A stretch of DNA of 29,998 nucleotides from Candidatus Firestoneibacteriota bacterium (GTDB lineage Bacteria > Oederibacteriota > D2-FULL-39-29 > JBBTED01): positions 1 through 29,998 of the forward strand of contig JBBTED010000121.1 of the NCBI GenBank assembly GCA_038042445.1, in the 5' to 3' direction. Made by a program: the position numbers and the translations under genes. Positions 8,037-17,935 of this stretch are shown here, in pieces (the stretch's first letter is position 1; every line of letters starts with the position of its first letter). The notes beneath the pieces are model-generated. The model was not told the origin of the DNA, did no database searches, and was given only the letters and a program-made list of their open reading frames with translations.

Positions 8037-8651
8037 ATGTCGGCAGAAATTAGAGAGCGGATTGTAAAAAATGCAGGGGAGTTATTTTTGCAATTTGGGT
8101 TTTCAAAAGTTACAATGGATGAGATAGCAAAAGTGCTTGGTATGAGTAAGAAAACACTATATAAATTTTTTCCAACAAAAGAAAAGCTTCTTAAAGAAGC
8201 GTTTACTTTTATAATTACTAATATAAGTATTAAAGTGAATAATCTTATGGCAGACAGGAATTTAGATTTTATTGAAAAACTTAGAGGCATCAGTGATTTT
8301 TTGATAATGTTTTTATCTAAAATTAGTCCCTATTGTATGCAGGATTTAAAAAGAAATGCTTTTGATATGTGGCAGACAATAGAGAAGTTTAGGCGTAAGA
8401 ATATAATGGATTGTTTTGGAAAACTTATTGAAGATGGGAAAAAAAGAGGGGTTATACGAAAAGATTGTAATACGCAAGTTTTATTGCTTGTATATCTAAA
8501 TGCAATACAAGGTATTGTTAATCCTGAAGTTTTGTCACAATTGCCTATTACAGCATCAGAAGGGCTTGATACGATTTTAAAAGTTTTTTTTGAGGGTGTT
8601 CTTACAAAAAATGGAAGGATTGGATATATTGGTTCAACAAGTAAAAAATAG
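8037..8651 (+). CDS. TetR/AcrR family transcriptional regulator
   Basis: RERIVKNAGELFLQFGFSKVTMDEIAKVLGMSKKTLYKFFPTKE helix-turn-helix. Confidence 0.95.
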   Translation: MSAEIRERIVKNAGELFLQFGFSKVTMDEIAKVLGMSKKTLYKFFPTKEKLLKEAFTFIITNISIKVNNLMADRNLDFIEKLRGISDFLIMFLSKISPYCMQDLKRNAFDMWQTIEKFRRKNIMDCFGKLIEDGKKRGVIRKDCNTQVLLLVYLNAIQGIVNPEVLSQLPITASEGLDTILKVFFEGVLTKNGRIGYIGSTSKK

Positions 8652-8700
8652 AGATTGGGGATGCATTTTTAGACGTCAGAGATTTTGTTGTACATAATTT

Positions 8701-8758
8701 TGTAGGGCAAGGCTTTAGCCTTGCAAATATTAATGCAAACCTGAAGGTTTGCCCTACA
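8701..8758. repeat. GTAG-tagged REP doublet (REPIN-like)
   Basis: TGTAGG-GCAAGGC-TTTA-GCCTTGC ... GCAAACC-TGAA-GGTTTGC-CCTACA. Confidence 0.85.
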
Positions 8759-8785
8759 TTTTTTATTATTTTCAGAGGAGGTAAA

Positions 8786-10102
8786 GTGAGATATTTTATA
8801 GTTTTAAGTTTCATTCTTTTGCAAATTACGACTGCTTATTCTCAGGATAAAGAAATACTTACTATTGAAGAAATAAAGAAAATTGTGCTTGTCAATAATC
8901 GGGATTTAATTTTGGCTAATGAAAAGATGAAATCAGCAGAAGGGAGTCTTATTGAAGCAAGGGCTGGTTTTTTACCAAAATTTACTTTAAGTGGGGCATA
9001 TAATTATATATCTCCAGTGCCGAGTATTAATATGGAGATTCCTATTTCAACAACTGCTAGGATTTCTAAAGAAATAGAAACAGGTGCAAATAATAATTGG
9101 TTGTTTCAGGCGGCATTAAATCATACTTTGTTTGATTGGGGAAGGACATCTGAAAGTTGCAGCTTAACAAATACCAAATTAGAGGTGGCGCAGTTGGATG
9201 TGGATTTAATAGGTATACAAGTATTATTTGATGCAATGCAATTATACTATAGAGTTATTCTTTTTGAAAAGATACTTGTGCAAAATGAGGAGCACTTAAA
9301 AAATTCAGAATTGCATTTAAAAAACTCAGAAGAAAGAGTTAAACAAGGGGTTGCTTCTTCATTTGAGTTGATTAAAGCTAAAGTTCAAGTTTCAAGTGTC
9401 AAACCGTTGGTCAGTAGAGCTAAGAAAAATCTTGAACTGGCAAAAATTTAATTAAAAAGTTTATTAGGAATGCCATTGGATAAAATTATTGAAGTTGAAG
9501 GTGATATAAAAGAAGAATTAGTTAATACTGTGAGTGTTAAAGATGCATTGAGAAATGCGAAAGAAAATAGGATAGAAATAAAAAAGATTCTAAAAAGAAA
9601 AGAAATAGCGTCTAAATTAGTTAATGTGGCAAATACAGGTGATAAACCGATAGTTTCAACAAATGCCAAATATCAATATCAAAATCCTTATTTTTCAGAA
9701 CTTAACTGGGTTAATAATTACAGTTTGGGAGTTGCAGTAACTTTCCCATTGTTTGATGGATTTTTAACAGAAGGTAAAATTAAACAATCTGAAGCAGAAT
9801 TAAATTCAGCAGATATTGATTTAAAAAATATTGAGGCCAAAATTCAATTAGAAATAAATCAAGCAATGCTTGTTTTGGAAGAGTCAATGGAGAATCTTAA
9901 ATACTGCAAAGATACTTGTATCCAAACAGAGGAATATTTGAAAATTGCAAAAATAAGTTTTCAAAGCGGAGTTGTTACAAATTTAGAAATTATTGATGCA
10001 GAATTATCAGTTTTATCTGCTAATACAAATTATTTGCAGGCAGTGTATGATTATAACATAGCAAAACTTGTTTATGCAAAAGCGATAGGGAAGTTAAGGT
10101 AA
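8786..10102 (+). pseudogene. TolC-family outer-membrane efflux protein interrupted by an in-frame TAA at 9449-9451
   Basis: ORFs 8786-9451 and 9470-10102 are in the same frame. Reading through gives ...NLELAKI*LKSLLGMPLD..., a continuous TolC sequence of 438 codons (ARAGFLPKF, LFDWGR, PLFDGF). Confidence 0.8.
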
Positions 10103-10123
10103 AATTCCTTTAATAACAGATTG

Positions 10124-10197
10124 TGTCATGCTGAATTTATTTCAGCATCTAATAAAATTAAGGTGTTTTGAGATCCTGAAACAAGTTCAGGATGACA
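10124..10197. repeat. TGTC-tagged palindromic doublet
   Basis: TGTC-ATGCTGAA-TTTAT-TTCAGCAT-CT ... AG-ATCCTGAA-ACAAG-TTCAGGAT-GACA; related to 26933-27012. Confidence 0.8.
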
Positions 10198-10238
10198 AAA
10201 AACAATTATGATAAAGCTTCTAAAGGAGGTAGGAGAAT

Positions 10239-11114
10239 ATGAATAGGAAGAAAATTTTTATTCCAATAGCAGTTGTGTTGGCAATCGCAGTTGTTTATAT
10301 TTTTTTGAATGTTTTTAACAAAACTAATTCTGATGAAATAGGTGGTTCAGGTACTATAGAAGTGACAGAAGTTGAAATTTCATCAAAGTTGTTAGGCAGA
10401 ATTGAAAAGATAATGTGTGATGAAGGGGATAGGGTGAAAGCAGGCGATTTGCTTGTTACTTTAATGCATCCTGAATTTGATGCTCAGCTTGAGCAGGCGA
10501 AAGCAAGTTTAGATGCTGTCCAAGAGCAAATGGTGCAGTTGAATTTACAAGTAGTTAATGCAAAGAAGAATTTTGATAGAGCAAAAGAATTATTTAATGC
10601 AGGTTTTTATTCAAAACAGCAATTAGAAAAAGAAGAAACTCAATATAAAGTTTTGAATTCTCAGCTTGTTGCTGCAAAACAGCTTTACAATCAATCAAAT
10701 GCTCAAATCACTTATATAAATACCCAGATTGAGAATACATATTTAAAAACGCCTATTTCAGGGGTAGTTTTGCAGAAAAATGCGCAACCGGGTGAAACAA
10801 TAACAGCTGGAATGTCCATATTAACCATAGGTGATTTAGAAAAAATCTGGATAAAAATTTATGTTTCTGGAGACAAGCTTGGCAAAATAAAGCTAAAAGA
10901 TAAGGCAATTGTAAAAATTGATACATTTCCAAACAAAAATTATGAAGGGAAAATAACTTATATATCTTCAGAGGCAGAATTTACTCCAAAGAATATTCAA
11001 ACAAAAGACGAAAGAGTGCGTCTTGTATATGCAGTTAAAATTAGTGTTGACAATAAAAATGAGGAATTAAAAGCTGGTATGCCGGCAGATGCAGTTATTT
11101 ATGTCCAAAAATAA
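10239..11114 (+). CDS. HlyD-family membrane fusion protein (YbhG-like)
   Basis: N-terminal TM, SGTIE..EV..SSK..GRI...EGDRVKAGD, coiled coil, AEFTPKNIQT. Confidence 0.92.
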   Translation: MNRKKIFIPIAVVLAIAVVYIFLNVFNKTNSDEIGGSGTIEVTEVEISSKLLGRIEKIMCDEGDRVKAGDLLVTLMHPEFDAQLEQAKASLDAVQEQMVQLNLQVVNAKKNFDRAKELFNAGFYSKQQLEKEETQYKVLNSQLVAAKQLYNQSNAQITYINTQIENTYLKTPISGVVLQKNAQPGETITAGMSILTIGDLEKIWIKIYVSGDKLGKIKLKDKAIVKIDTFPNKNYEGKITYISSEAEFTPKNIQTKDERVRLVYAVKISVDNKNEELKAGMPADAVIYVQK

Positions 11115-11117
11115 TCT

Positions 11118-11867
11118 ATGTCTAAAATAATTGAAGCAAAAAATATCAGCAAATTTTTTAAAGATAATAAGGCTGTGGAAAATTTAAGCTTTGAAATAGA
11201 AGAAGGAGAAATATTTGGAATAGTAGGGCCTGATGGCTCTGGCAAGACTACTACTGTTAGAATGTTAGCTGGTGTAATGGATTCTACAGCAGGTGTAATT
11301 TCTGTAAATGGATTTAATATGCATGATAATGCTGAAAAAATTAAAAGTTTTATAGGATATATGCCTCAGAGATTTAGCTTGTATGATGATTTAACTGTTG
11401 AGGAAAATATAATTTTTTTTGCTGATTTGTATTCTATTTCTTACAAAAATCGGATTGCGCGTATGAATGAACTATATAAATTTAGTCATTTGGAGAAATT
11501 CAAGAATAGATTGGCTCAAAATTTGTCTGGTGGTATGCAAAAAAAATTAGCATTAACCTGTTCACTGATTAATTTTCCAAAGATTTTAATTCTTGATGAG
11601 CCTACAATTGGGGTTGACCCTTTGTCCAGACAGGAATTGTGGGAAATTTTGCTGGAATTGAATAAACAGGAAGGAATAACTATTTTGTTCACAACATCGT
11701 ATATGGACGAGGTTGAAAGATGTAACAAAGTTGGATTGCTTTATAACGGAAGATTTTTACTGCAAGATAATATTTCAAGCATCATCAAAAAAGATATTTC
11801 ATTTGAAAAAATATTTATATCTGAAATTGAAAAGGTTGCCAGACAAAATGGTTTCAGTAGAAGTTAA
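11118..11867 (+). CDS. ABC transporter ATP-binding protein (YbhF N-half-like)
   Basis: GPDGSGKTT, LSGGMQKKL, ILDEPTIGVDP. Confidence 0.92.
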   Translation: MSKIIEAKNISKFFKDNKAVENLSFEIEEGEIFGIVGPDGSGKTTTVRMLAGVMDSTAGVISVNGFNMHDNAEKIKSFIGYMPQRFSLYDDLTVEENIIFFADLYSISYKNRIARMNELYKFSHLEKFKNRLAQNLSGGMQKKLALTCSLINFPKILILDEPTIGVDPLSRQELWEILLELNKQEGITILFTTSYMDEVERCNKVGLLYNGRFLLQDNISSIIKKDISFEKIFISEIEKVARQNGFSRS

Positions 11868-12576
11868 ATCACTTACAAAAATGTTTGGTAAGTTTACAGC
11901 GGTTGATAATGTAAGTTTTTCAATCAATCGCGGAGAAATATTTGGATTTTTAGGTCCAAATGGAGCTGGTAAGTCTACGACAATAAAGATGCTATGCGGT
12001 ATATTATCGCCAACAAGTGGAGAAGGATTAGTTGAAGATTTTGATATTTCAAAAGATTCTGATGAAATAAAAAAAATAATAGGATATATGTCCCAGAAGT
12101 TTTCCTTATACAATGATTTAACAGTTGAAGAAAATATAAATTTTTATGGAGGCATACATAATGTAGGTAAAGCGGAAATGCTTCAAAAAAGAGAATGGAT
12201 TTTAAATATGGCAGGTTTGAAAGGAAAAGAAAAAGTTTTAACAGGTGTATTGTCTGGTGGATGGAGACAAAGATTGGCATTAGGATGTGCTATTGTTCAT
12301 AATCCAAAAGTTGTATTTTTAGATGAGCCTACAGCAGGAGTTGATCCTATTTCAAGGAGAGATTTTTGGAATTTGATAAAAAAACTTTCAGAAAATGGTA
12401 CTACTGTATTTGTAACAACGCATTATATGGATGAAGCGGAATATTGTGGCAGAATTTCACTTATATATAATGGTAAATTGATTGAAATAGGTTCTCCATA
12501 CGATTTAAAAGATAAATATAAAACTAAAAGTTTGGACAAATTATTTGTGAAGCTTATAAGGGAGTATGATTTATAA
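11848..12576 (+). CDS. ABC transporter ATP-binding protein (YbhF C-half-like)
   Basis: Likely start is ATG 11848 (MVSVEVKSL); GPNGAGKST, LSGGWRQRL, FLDEPTAGVDP, TTHYMDE. Confidence 0.92.
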   Translation: MVSVEVKSLTKMFGKFTAVDNVSFSINRGEIFGFLGPNGAGKSTTIKMLCGILSPTSGEGLVEDFDISKDSDEIKKIIGYMSQKFSLYNDLTVEENINFYGGIHNVGKAEMLQKREWILNMAGLKGKEKVLTGVLSGGWRQRLALGCAIVHNPKVVFLDEPTAGVDPISRRDFWNLIKKLSENGTTVFVTTHYMDEAEYCGRISLIYNGKLIEIGSPYDLKDKYKTKSLDKLFVKLIREYDL

Positions 12577-12611
12577 AATCTCCCTTAACCCCTCTTTTTC
12601 AAAGAGGGGGA
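12576..12611 (-). repeat. C/G-rich hairpin repeat
   Basis: Reverse complement reads TCCCCCTCTTTGAAAAAGAGGGGTTAAGGGAGATTT, the same family as 5368-5401. Confidence 0.7.
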
Positions 12612-12634
12612 ACCACTAAAATTTTAGAAAAACC

Positions 12635-13771
12635 ATGAATAAGAAAGTTTGGGCAATATCAAGAAAAGAGGTTTTGCATATTTTAAGAGACCCAAGGTCA
12701 TTAGCATTAGCCATATTGATGCCTATAATTCTTTTATTATTATTTGCTTATGCGATAACTTTAGATATAGATAATGTCCAAATGACTGTAGTTGATTTGG
12801 ATAAAACTTTCAAAAGTAGAGAATTTATAAGTAAATTTGAGAGTGGTGGATATTTTGAAATTGTTGAACAGTCACAGAAAGAAAAAGATTTAGAATATCT
12901 TTTGGATAAAGGTGAATGTGTAGTTGGTGTGGTTATACCTCGTGGTTTCAGTAAAAATATAGAAGCTGGGAAAGATGTCAAAATACAGGTTTTAATAGAT
13001 GGAACTGAATCTAATAGAGCGAATATTGTAATTGGTTATGTGAAAGGTATAACATCTTTTTATTCTTACAAAATAGCTGTCCATTTTATGAATAGAAATG
13101 GTATATCTCCTAAAAAAAATACTGGTTTTTTGGAAGGAGTTTTTTATACATTTTACAATACTCAGCTAAAGAGTAAAAATTTTATAATACCCGGATTAAT
13201 AGCAGTCATAATGTCAATAATACTCGCTATTTTAACTTCACTGACAATTGTTAAAGAAAAGGAAAAGGGGACTTTTGAACAGTTAATTGTTACACCTGTA
13301 AAACCATGGGAATTGTTATTTGGTAAAATTGTGCCTTATTGGGTATTGGGAATGTTAGATATGTTGTTAGTAGTTTTTATTGGAACTGTTATTTTTAGTG
13401 TGCCGTTGAAAGGGAATATCATATTTTTATTTTTTACATCCGGGATATTCGCGGTTTGTGGATTAGGAATGGGGCTATTGATTTCTACTATAGCAACTAA
13501 TCAGCAATTTGCAGTTCAGTTTTCTATGATTTTATCAATGTTGCCAAGTTTCATACTTTCCGGGTTTTTATTTCCTGTAAAAAGTATGCCCAAAATATTG
13601 CAAATTATCACTTATGTTATTCCAGCTAAATATTTTTTACTACTTTTAAGGGGGATATTTTTAAAAGGCAGCGGTATCTATAACTTATTTTTAGAGGTAT
13701 TTATTCTTTTTGCATTTGGTGTTGCACTTATTTTTTTGGCATCATTAAAATTTAAGAAAAAAATAACGTAG
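12635..13771 (+). CDS. ABC-2 permease (YbhS-like)
   Basis: KEVLHILRDPR, IIPGLIA, KEKEKGTFEQLIVTP, LSGFLFPV. Confidence 0.92.
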   Translation: MNKKVWAISRKEVLHILRDPRSLALAILMPIILLLLFAYAITLDIDNVQMTVVDLDKTFKSREFISKFESGGYFEIVEQSQKEKDLEYLLDKGECVVGVVIPRGFSKNIEAGKDVKIQVLIDGTESNRANIVIGYVKGITSFYSYKIAVHFMNRNGISPKKNTGFLEGVFYTFYNTQLKSKNFIIPGLIAVIMSIILAILTSLTIVKEKEKGTFEQLIVTPVKPWELLFGKIVPYWVLGMLDMLLVVFIGTVIFSVPLKGNIIFLFFTSGIFAVCGLGMGLLISTIATNQQFAVQFSMILSMLPSFILSGFLFPVKSMPKILQIITYVIPAKYFLLLLRGIFLKGSGIYNLFLEVFILFAFGVALIFLASLKFKKKIT

Positions 13772-13820
13772 GGGCGGATTTACCCGCCCAAAAAGAGGGG
13801 TAGACAAGTTTGTCCCTACA
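13768..13820. repeat. Degenerate GTAG-tagged REP doublet
   Basis: GTAG-GGGCGG-ATTTAC-CCGCCC ... GGGGTAGACAAGTTTGTCCCTACA; overlaps the permease TAG stop. Confidence 0.65.
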
Positions 13821-13846
13821 GAAACAATAAAAAGTGAGATTTTTAG

Positions 13847-14983
13847 ATGAGAAGAATATTTGAACTGGCAAAAAAGGAATTCATTCAGACGTTTAGAGAT
13901 AAAAAAATGCTTGGGGTCATATTTATTGCTCCCATTATACAGCTTATACTTTTGGGGTATGCAGTGACCACAGATATAAAGCATATTTATGTGGGTGTAT
14001 GGGATGCTGACAAATCACAATATAGCAGAGAATTGACAAATAAAATTTTAAACTCAGGGTATTTTGATTTTAAAGGGGTCGTAGAAAACGATATGCAATT
14101 AGAGGAAAACTTTAAGAAAAGTAATTATGATTTTGTATTGTATTTCCCTCCTGATTTTAGCAGAAAAATTAAAAGATTTGAAAGGGCGCAATTTCAAATA
14201 ATTGCAGATGGAAGTGATTCAAATTTAACAGCTATAGGAATGAATTATTTAAACCAAATAATTATCAAGGAAAATAATTATCGTCGAAATAAAAATATAA
14301 ATAAAATTTCCGGAATGATGAAACAAAAAATTAATTTATCATTGATATCACCTGAAATACGAGTGAGGTATAATCCGGAACTTAAAAGTTCTAATTTTAT
14401 GGTGCCTGTGGTAATTGGTTTAATATTAACTTTAACAACTATGATGCTTACTTCTATGGCAATTACCAGAGAAAAAGAAGCAGGAACAATAGAACAGCTA
14501 ATTGTGTCACCTTTAAAACCTTTAGAAATAATCGCAGGTAAAACATTGCCTTTTTTAATAATTGCAATGGCAGATGTAGTTTTGGTGCTTACTATAAGTA
14601 CTTTTATTTTTAATATTTATGTAAAGGGTAGCTTGCTTTTGTTGTTTGCTTCTTCATTACTATTTGTTTTGAGTACTTTAGGTGTTGGACTTTTTATTTC
14701 TACAATTTCAAAAACTCAACAACAAGCTATGCTTACAAGTTTTATGTTTAATTTTCCATCTATGATTATTTCTGGGTTTACGTTTCCAATATCTAATATG
14801 CCTTTGGCGATTCAATATCTTTCTTATATAATTCCTCTCAGGTATTTTTTTATTATAATACGAGGAATTATTTTAAAAGGAAATGGTATAGCTATATTGT
14901 GGCCAGAAATTTTGTCTCTTTTTGTGTTTGGTATTACAATACTTTTTTTAAGTGCTTTAAGATTTCAAAAAAAATTAGGATAA
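13847..14983 (+). CDS. ABC-2 permease (YbhR-like)
   Basis: KKEFIQTFRD, YNPEL, REKEAGTIEQLIVSP, SGFTFPISNMP. Confidence 0.92.
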   Translation: MRRIFELAKKEFIQTFRDKKMLGVIFIAPIIQLILLGYAVTTDIKHIYVGVWDADKSQYSRELTNKILNSGYFDFKGVVENDMQLEENFKKSNYDFVLYFPPDFSRKIKRFERAQFQIIADGSDSNLTAIGMNYLNQIIIKENNYRRNKNINKISGMMKQKINLSLISPEIRVRYNPELKSSNFMVPVVIGLILTLTTMMLTSMAITREKEAGTIEQLIVSPLKPLEIIAGKTLPFLIIAMADVVLVLTISTFIFNIYVKGSLLLLFASSLLFVLSTLGVGLFISTISKTQQQAMLTSFMFNFPSMIISGFTFPISNMPLAIQYLSYIIPLRYFFIIIRGIILKGNGIAILWPEILSLFVFGITILFLSALRFQKKLG

Positions 14984-15046
14984 TTTTGCATAGATTTAAG
15001 AATTGTTATATTGATTACCATCAATTAATTTGATAAGATAAATCAT

Positions 15047-15937
15047 ATGGGTTCAGTAAAATTAGGAATTTTCCATACACAGATTTTATGGGATTTGCTG
15101 CATGATATACATTTTGTTTACGATGAAGTGGAATTAGCAGATCTTGTTGTTAATAAAGTATCTGAAGCACTTGGTGCAGAAGCTGGTACTGTATTTAAAG
15201 TTGATACAGTACAGGGTTTGCAAGACCATTGCAAGTTATATCCTCTTGCATCAAAAGGTGTTAAAATTGAAGACTTGCAAAAACAACATTTTGAAATTGG
15301 AAAAGGTGTAGTTGGCTGGGTTGTTGAGTATATGCAGCCGGTTAAAGTGGAAGATCCTGACAGGGATCCCAGATTCTATGGGAAAACAGATAAATCTACC
15401 GGTTTTACTACAAGAAACATTATTGCTTCTCCGATAGTTGCAAGAAATAAACCACTTGGTGTTTTGGAATTTATAAATAAAATAGGTGGACCATTTGTAA
15501 TTCAGGATTTAGAATTGATTTCTATGCTTGGCAGAGAAATAGGAATTGCAATGGAAAATGTACGTTTATTTAAGGAAATTAATTCCATTAGTTTATTCAA
15601 TCAATCATTAATTCATAATTTGAGAGTAGGACTACTTGTTTTGAATGATAAAGGTGAACTTATAAATGTTAATCCTCGTGCCGAAGAAATTTTTAAAATA
15701 CCTTTAATATCAAAAGATGATAATAAATTACCATATAATGTTATTTTATCTCCATTTCCTTCTTTAATACATATCCTTTCTGAAAGTTTTTCTTCTAAGA
15801 AAAATGTTGATTGGAATAAGACAAATATAATAATTGCAGGAAAAGAAGAGACTATTTATTATTCAATAAGTAATATCATAGATAAATCAGGTAAACATTT
15901 AGGCATTACATTTCTAATACAAAATATAAATATTTAA
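15047..15937 (+). CDS. GAF + PAS sensory protein with no output domain
   Basis: GKGVVGWV...DPRFY...D..TGFTTRNIIASP...GVLEFINK...F...D...IAMEN (GAF), then GLLVLNDKG....VNPRAEEIF (PAS); stops at the end of the PAS fold. Confidence 0.8.
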   Translation: MGSVKLGIFHTQILWDLLHDIHFVYDEVELADLVVNKVSEALGAEAGTVFKVDTVQGLQDHCKLYPLASKGVKIEDLQKQHFEIGKGVVGWVVEYMQPVKVEDPDRDPRFYGKTDKSTGFTTRNIIASPIVARNKPLGVLEFINKIGGPFVIQDLELISMLGREIGIAMENVRLFKEINSISLFNQSLIHNLRVGLLVLNDKGELINVNPRAEEIFKIPLISKDDNKLPYNVILSPFPSLIHILSESFSSKKNVDWNKTNIIIAGKEETIYYSISNIIDKSGKHLGITFLIQNINI

Positions 15938-15948
15938 TTTATATGTAA

Positions 15949-16977
15949 TTATCGTGGATATTTGTAATATTTGCCTTGATAGTTTTTTAAAATAAATCCT
16001 TTATTGGTTGTTTTAACTATATTTTCTGGGGAAATAATAATTTTCCCGCCTCCGTGAGGTGCATCAATTACATAATTTGGAACTGCTATACCTGATATAT
16101 ATCCGCGAAGTGCACTAATAATTTCTAAACCGGTTTCTACTTTGGTTTTGAAATGAGACGTTCCACGACAAAGGTCGGCTTGATATAGATAATATGGTTT
16201 AACTCGTAAAGTTAGTAATTTTCTCATTAATTCATTTATAATTTCTTTTGAATCATTAATCCCTTTAAGTAAAACTGTTTGATTTCCAAGAGGAATACCA
16301 TTATCAGCTAACATTTCGCAAGCTTTTTTGCTTTCTTCAGTTATTTCGTCAGGATGATTAAAATGTGTATTTATATAAATTGGATGATATTTTTTAAGCA
16401 TTTTACATAGCTTTTTAGTTATTCGTTGTGGTAAGACACAAGGTATTCTTGTGCCTATACGAATAATTTCAATATGTTTTATATTGCGAAGCTTTTCAAT
16501 TATTTCTTCAAGTTTAATATCGGTAAGCATAAGGGGGTCGCCACCGGATAAAATTACATCTCTGATTTGTGTATGCGATTTTATATAATTTATGCCTTTA
16601 TTTATAGTAGCATTATTAATTATAATTTTCGTTCCGACTTTGCGTTTCCTTGTGCAAAATCTGCAATACATTGCGCATTTACCTGAAATTAAAAATAATA
16701 CTCTGTCAGGATATCTATGTGTTAAATTAGAAACAGGACTATCTCCTTCTTCATTTAAAGGGTCTATATATCCTTTAGTATCATTAAGTTCTTTAATGTC
16801 TGGTATTGCTTGAAGTTTTAAAGCTGAATTTCTTATAATATTCAAATAATAATGAGGTATACGCATAGGATATTTATTTCGGACTTTGCGTATATCAGAT
16901 TTATTAATGAGAATGTGTTTTGCTAATTGTTCTTCATTAATAACGCTGTCTTTTACTAAAATTTGCCATTTTTCCAT
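15949..16977 (-). CDS. KamA-family radical SAM enzyme, probable lysine 2,3-aminomutase
   Basis: THRYPDRVL, CAMYCRFCTRKR, LSGGDPL, RIGTR, HFNHPDE, NQTVLLKGIND, YLYQAD, VIDAPHGGGK (PLP lysine). Confidence 0.92.
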   Translation of the reverse strand: MEKWQILVKDSVINEEQLAKHILINKSDIRKVRNKYPMRIPHYYLNIIRNSALKLQAIPDIKELNDTKGYIDPLNEEGDSPVSNLTHRYPDRVLFLISGKCAMYCRFCTRKRKVGTKIIINNATINKGINYIKSHTQIRDVILSGGDPLMLTDIKLEEIIEKLRNIKHIEIIRIGTRIPCVLPQRITKKLCKMLKKYHPIYINTHFNHPDEITEESKKACEMLADNGIPLGNQTVLLKGINDSKEIINELMRKLLTLRVKPYYLYQADLCRGTSHFKTKVETGLEIISALRGYISGIAVPNYVIDAPHGGGKIIISPENIVKTTNKGFILKNYQGKYYKYPR

Positions 16978-16978
16978 T

Positions 16979-17935
16979 TTAAGTGAAATTAGATATTTTA
17001 TAAATTAAATCTTCATAAGAAATACCTTTTGAAAAAGCCGCAAGAGCAAAGTAATCATTTCTACTTATATCTGGATTTGGATTAATATCTATAACATACA
17101 TTTTATTATTTTTTAGTCGCATATCAATCCTTGCATAGCTATTTAGTTTTAACACTTCATAACATTTTAAGGCGAAAATTTCAACTCTTTTTTTAGTTTT
17201 ATTGCCGATTTTTGCCGGAATAATAGATACTGTATTTTTAAATTCAAAGCTTTCCGTTATCCATTTTGCATCATACGATATTATTTTTCTGTAATCATCT
17301 TTTATATCTTTAAAATCAATTTCGCCTATGTTCAAAATTTTTCCTTCCAAGATGGATACATGTAATTCTTTGCCACGGATAAATTCTTCTACTAATACGT
17401 TTTGTTTGTATTTTTCTAAAATAAATTTAACCTGACTTCGCAAATCATTTAAATTAAAGATAATTGATTCATTGCTTATTCCCCTGCTGGCATCACTAAA
17501 ATTGGGTTTAACAATACAAGGAAAATATTTAAAATTAATTTCATCATTTTTTTTGAAAAGTTTGAATCTTGGGGTATTTATTTTTTCACTTATTAAGATT
17601 TGTTTGCACAAACTTTTATCAAGACATATCATAAGCGAATTGGAGTTATTTCCTGTGAATTTAAAATCTAAAAGTTCTAATGCTGAAACAAATCTATATT
17701 CATTTTGGCTAAGGCTATTATAATCTTCCACTAAATTAAATATAATATCAGGTTTTATTTTTTGTATTAAATTAATGTCTTTATTAATATTTCCGCTTAA
17801 AGATAGTGTTTTAGCGTTTAATATTTTTGCAATTTCATTAGCTGTTTTTATTGTAGATGTATCAGATATTCTTTCTTTTTCAAATTCGTACTTTGTGTGT
17901 TTTGTATCATAATATACGACTATAATTTTTTTCAT
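16979..17935 (-). CDS. Ddl-like ATP-grasp ligase (B)
   Basis: IFNLVE, FTG, DKSLCK, IVKP..SDASRGI, VEEFIRGKE, SYDAKW, ARIDMR, DINPNPD. Confidence 0.85.
   Translation of the reverse strand: MKKIIVVYYDTKHTKYEFEKERISDTSTIKTANEIAKILNAKTLSLSGNINKDINLIQKIKPDIIFNLVEDYNSLSQNEYRFVSALELLDFKFTGNNSNSLMICLDKSLCKQILISEKINTPRFKLFKKNDEINFKYFPCIVKPNFSDASRGISNESIIFNLNDLRSQVKFILEKYKQNVLVEEFIRGKELHVSILEGKILNIGEIDFKDIKDDYRKIISYDAKWITESFEFKNTVSIIPAKIGNKTKKRVEIFALKCYEVLKLNSYARIDMRLKNNKMYVIDINPNPDISRNDYFALAAFSKGISYEDLIYKISNFT

Noticed and set aside
9449..9451. Genetic-code reassignment or Sec/Pyl read-through of the TolC stop
   Set aside because: The codon is TAA, which ends most genes in the window at their expected lengths; only one gene is affected.
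11713..11867. Programmed frameshift fusing the two ABC ATPases, or a start at 11713
   Set aside because: Each half is a complete ATPase, the second has a sensible ATG at 11848, and split YbhF-like pairs are common. The upstream extension looks like off-frame sequence.
15949..16977. EpmB (EF-P beta-lysylation) assignment
   Set aside because: Length is similar, but no efp or epmA is nearby and the gene is coupled to two ATP-grasp ligases. Not fully excluded without a phylogeny.
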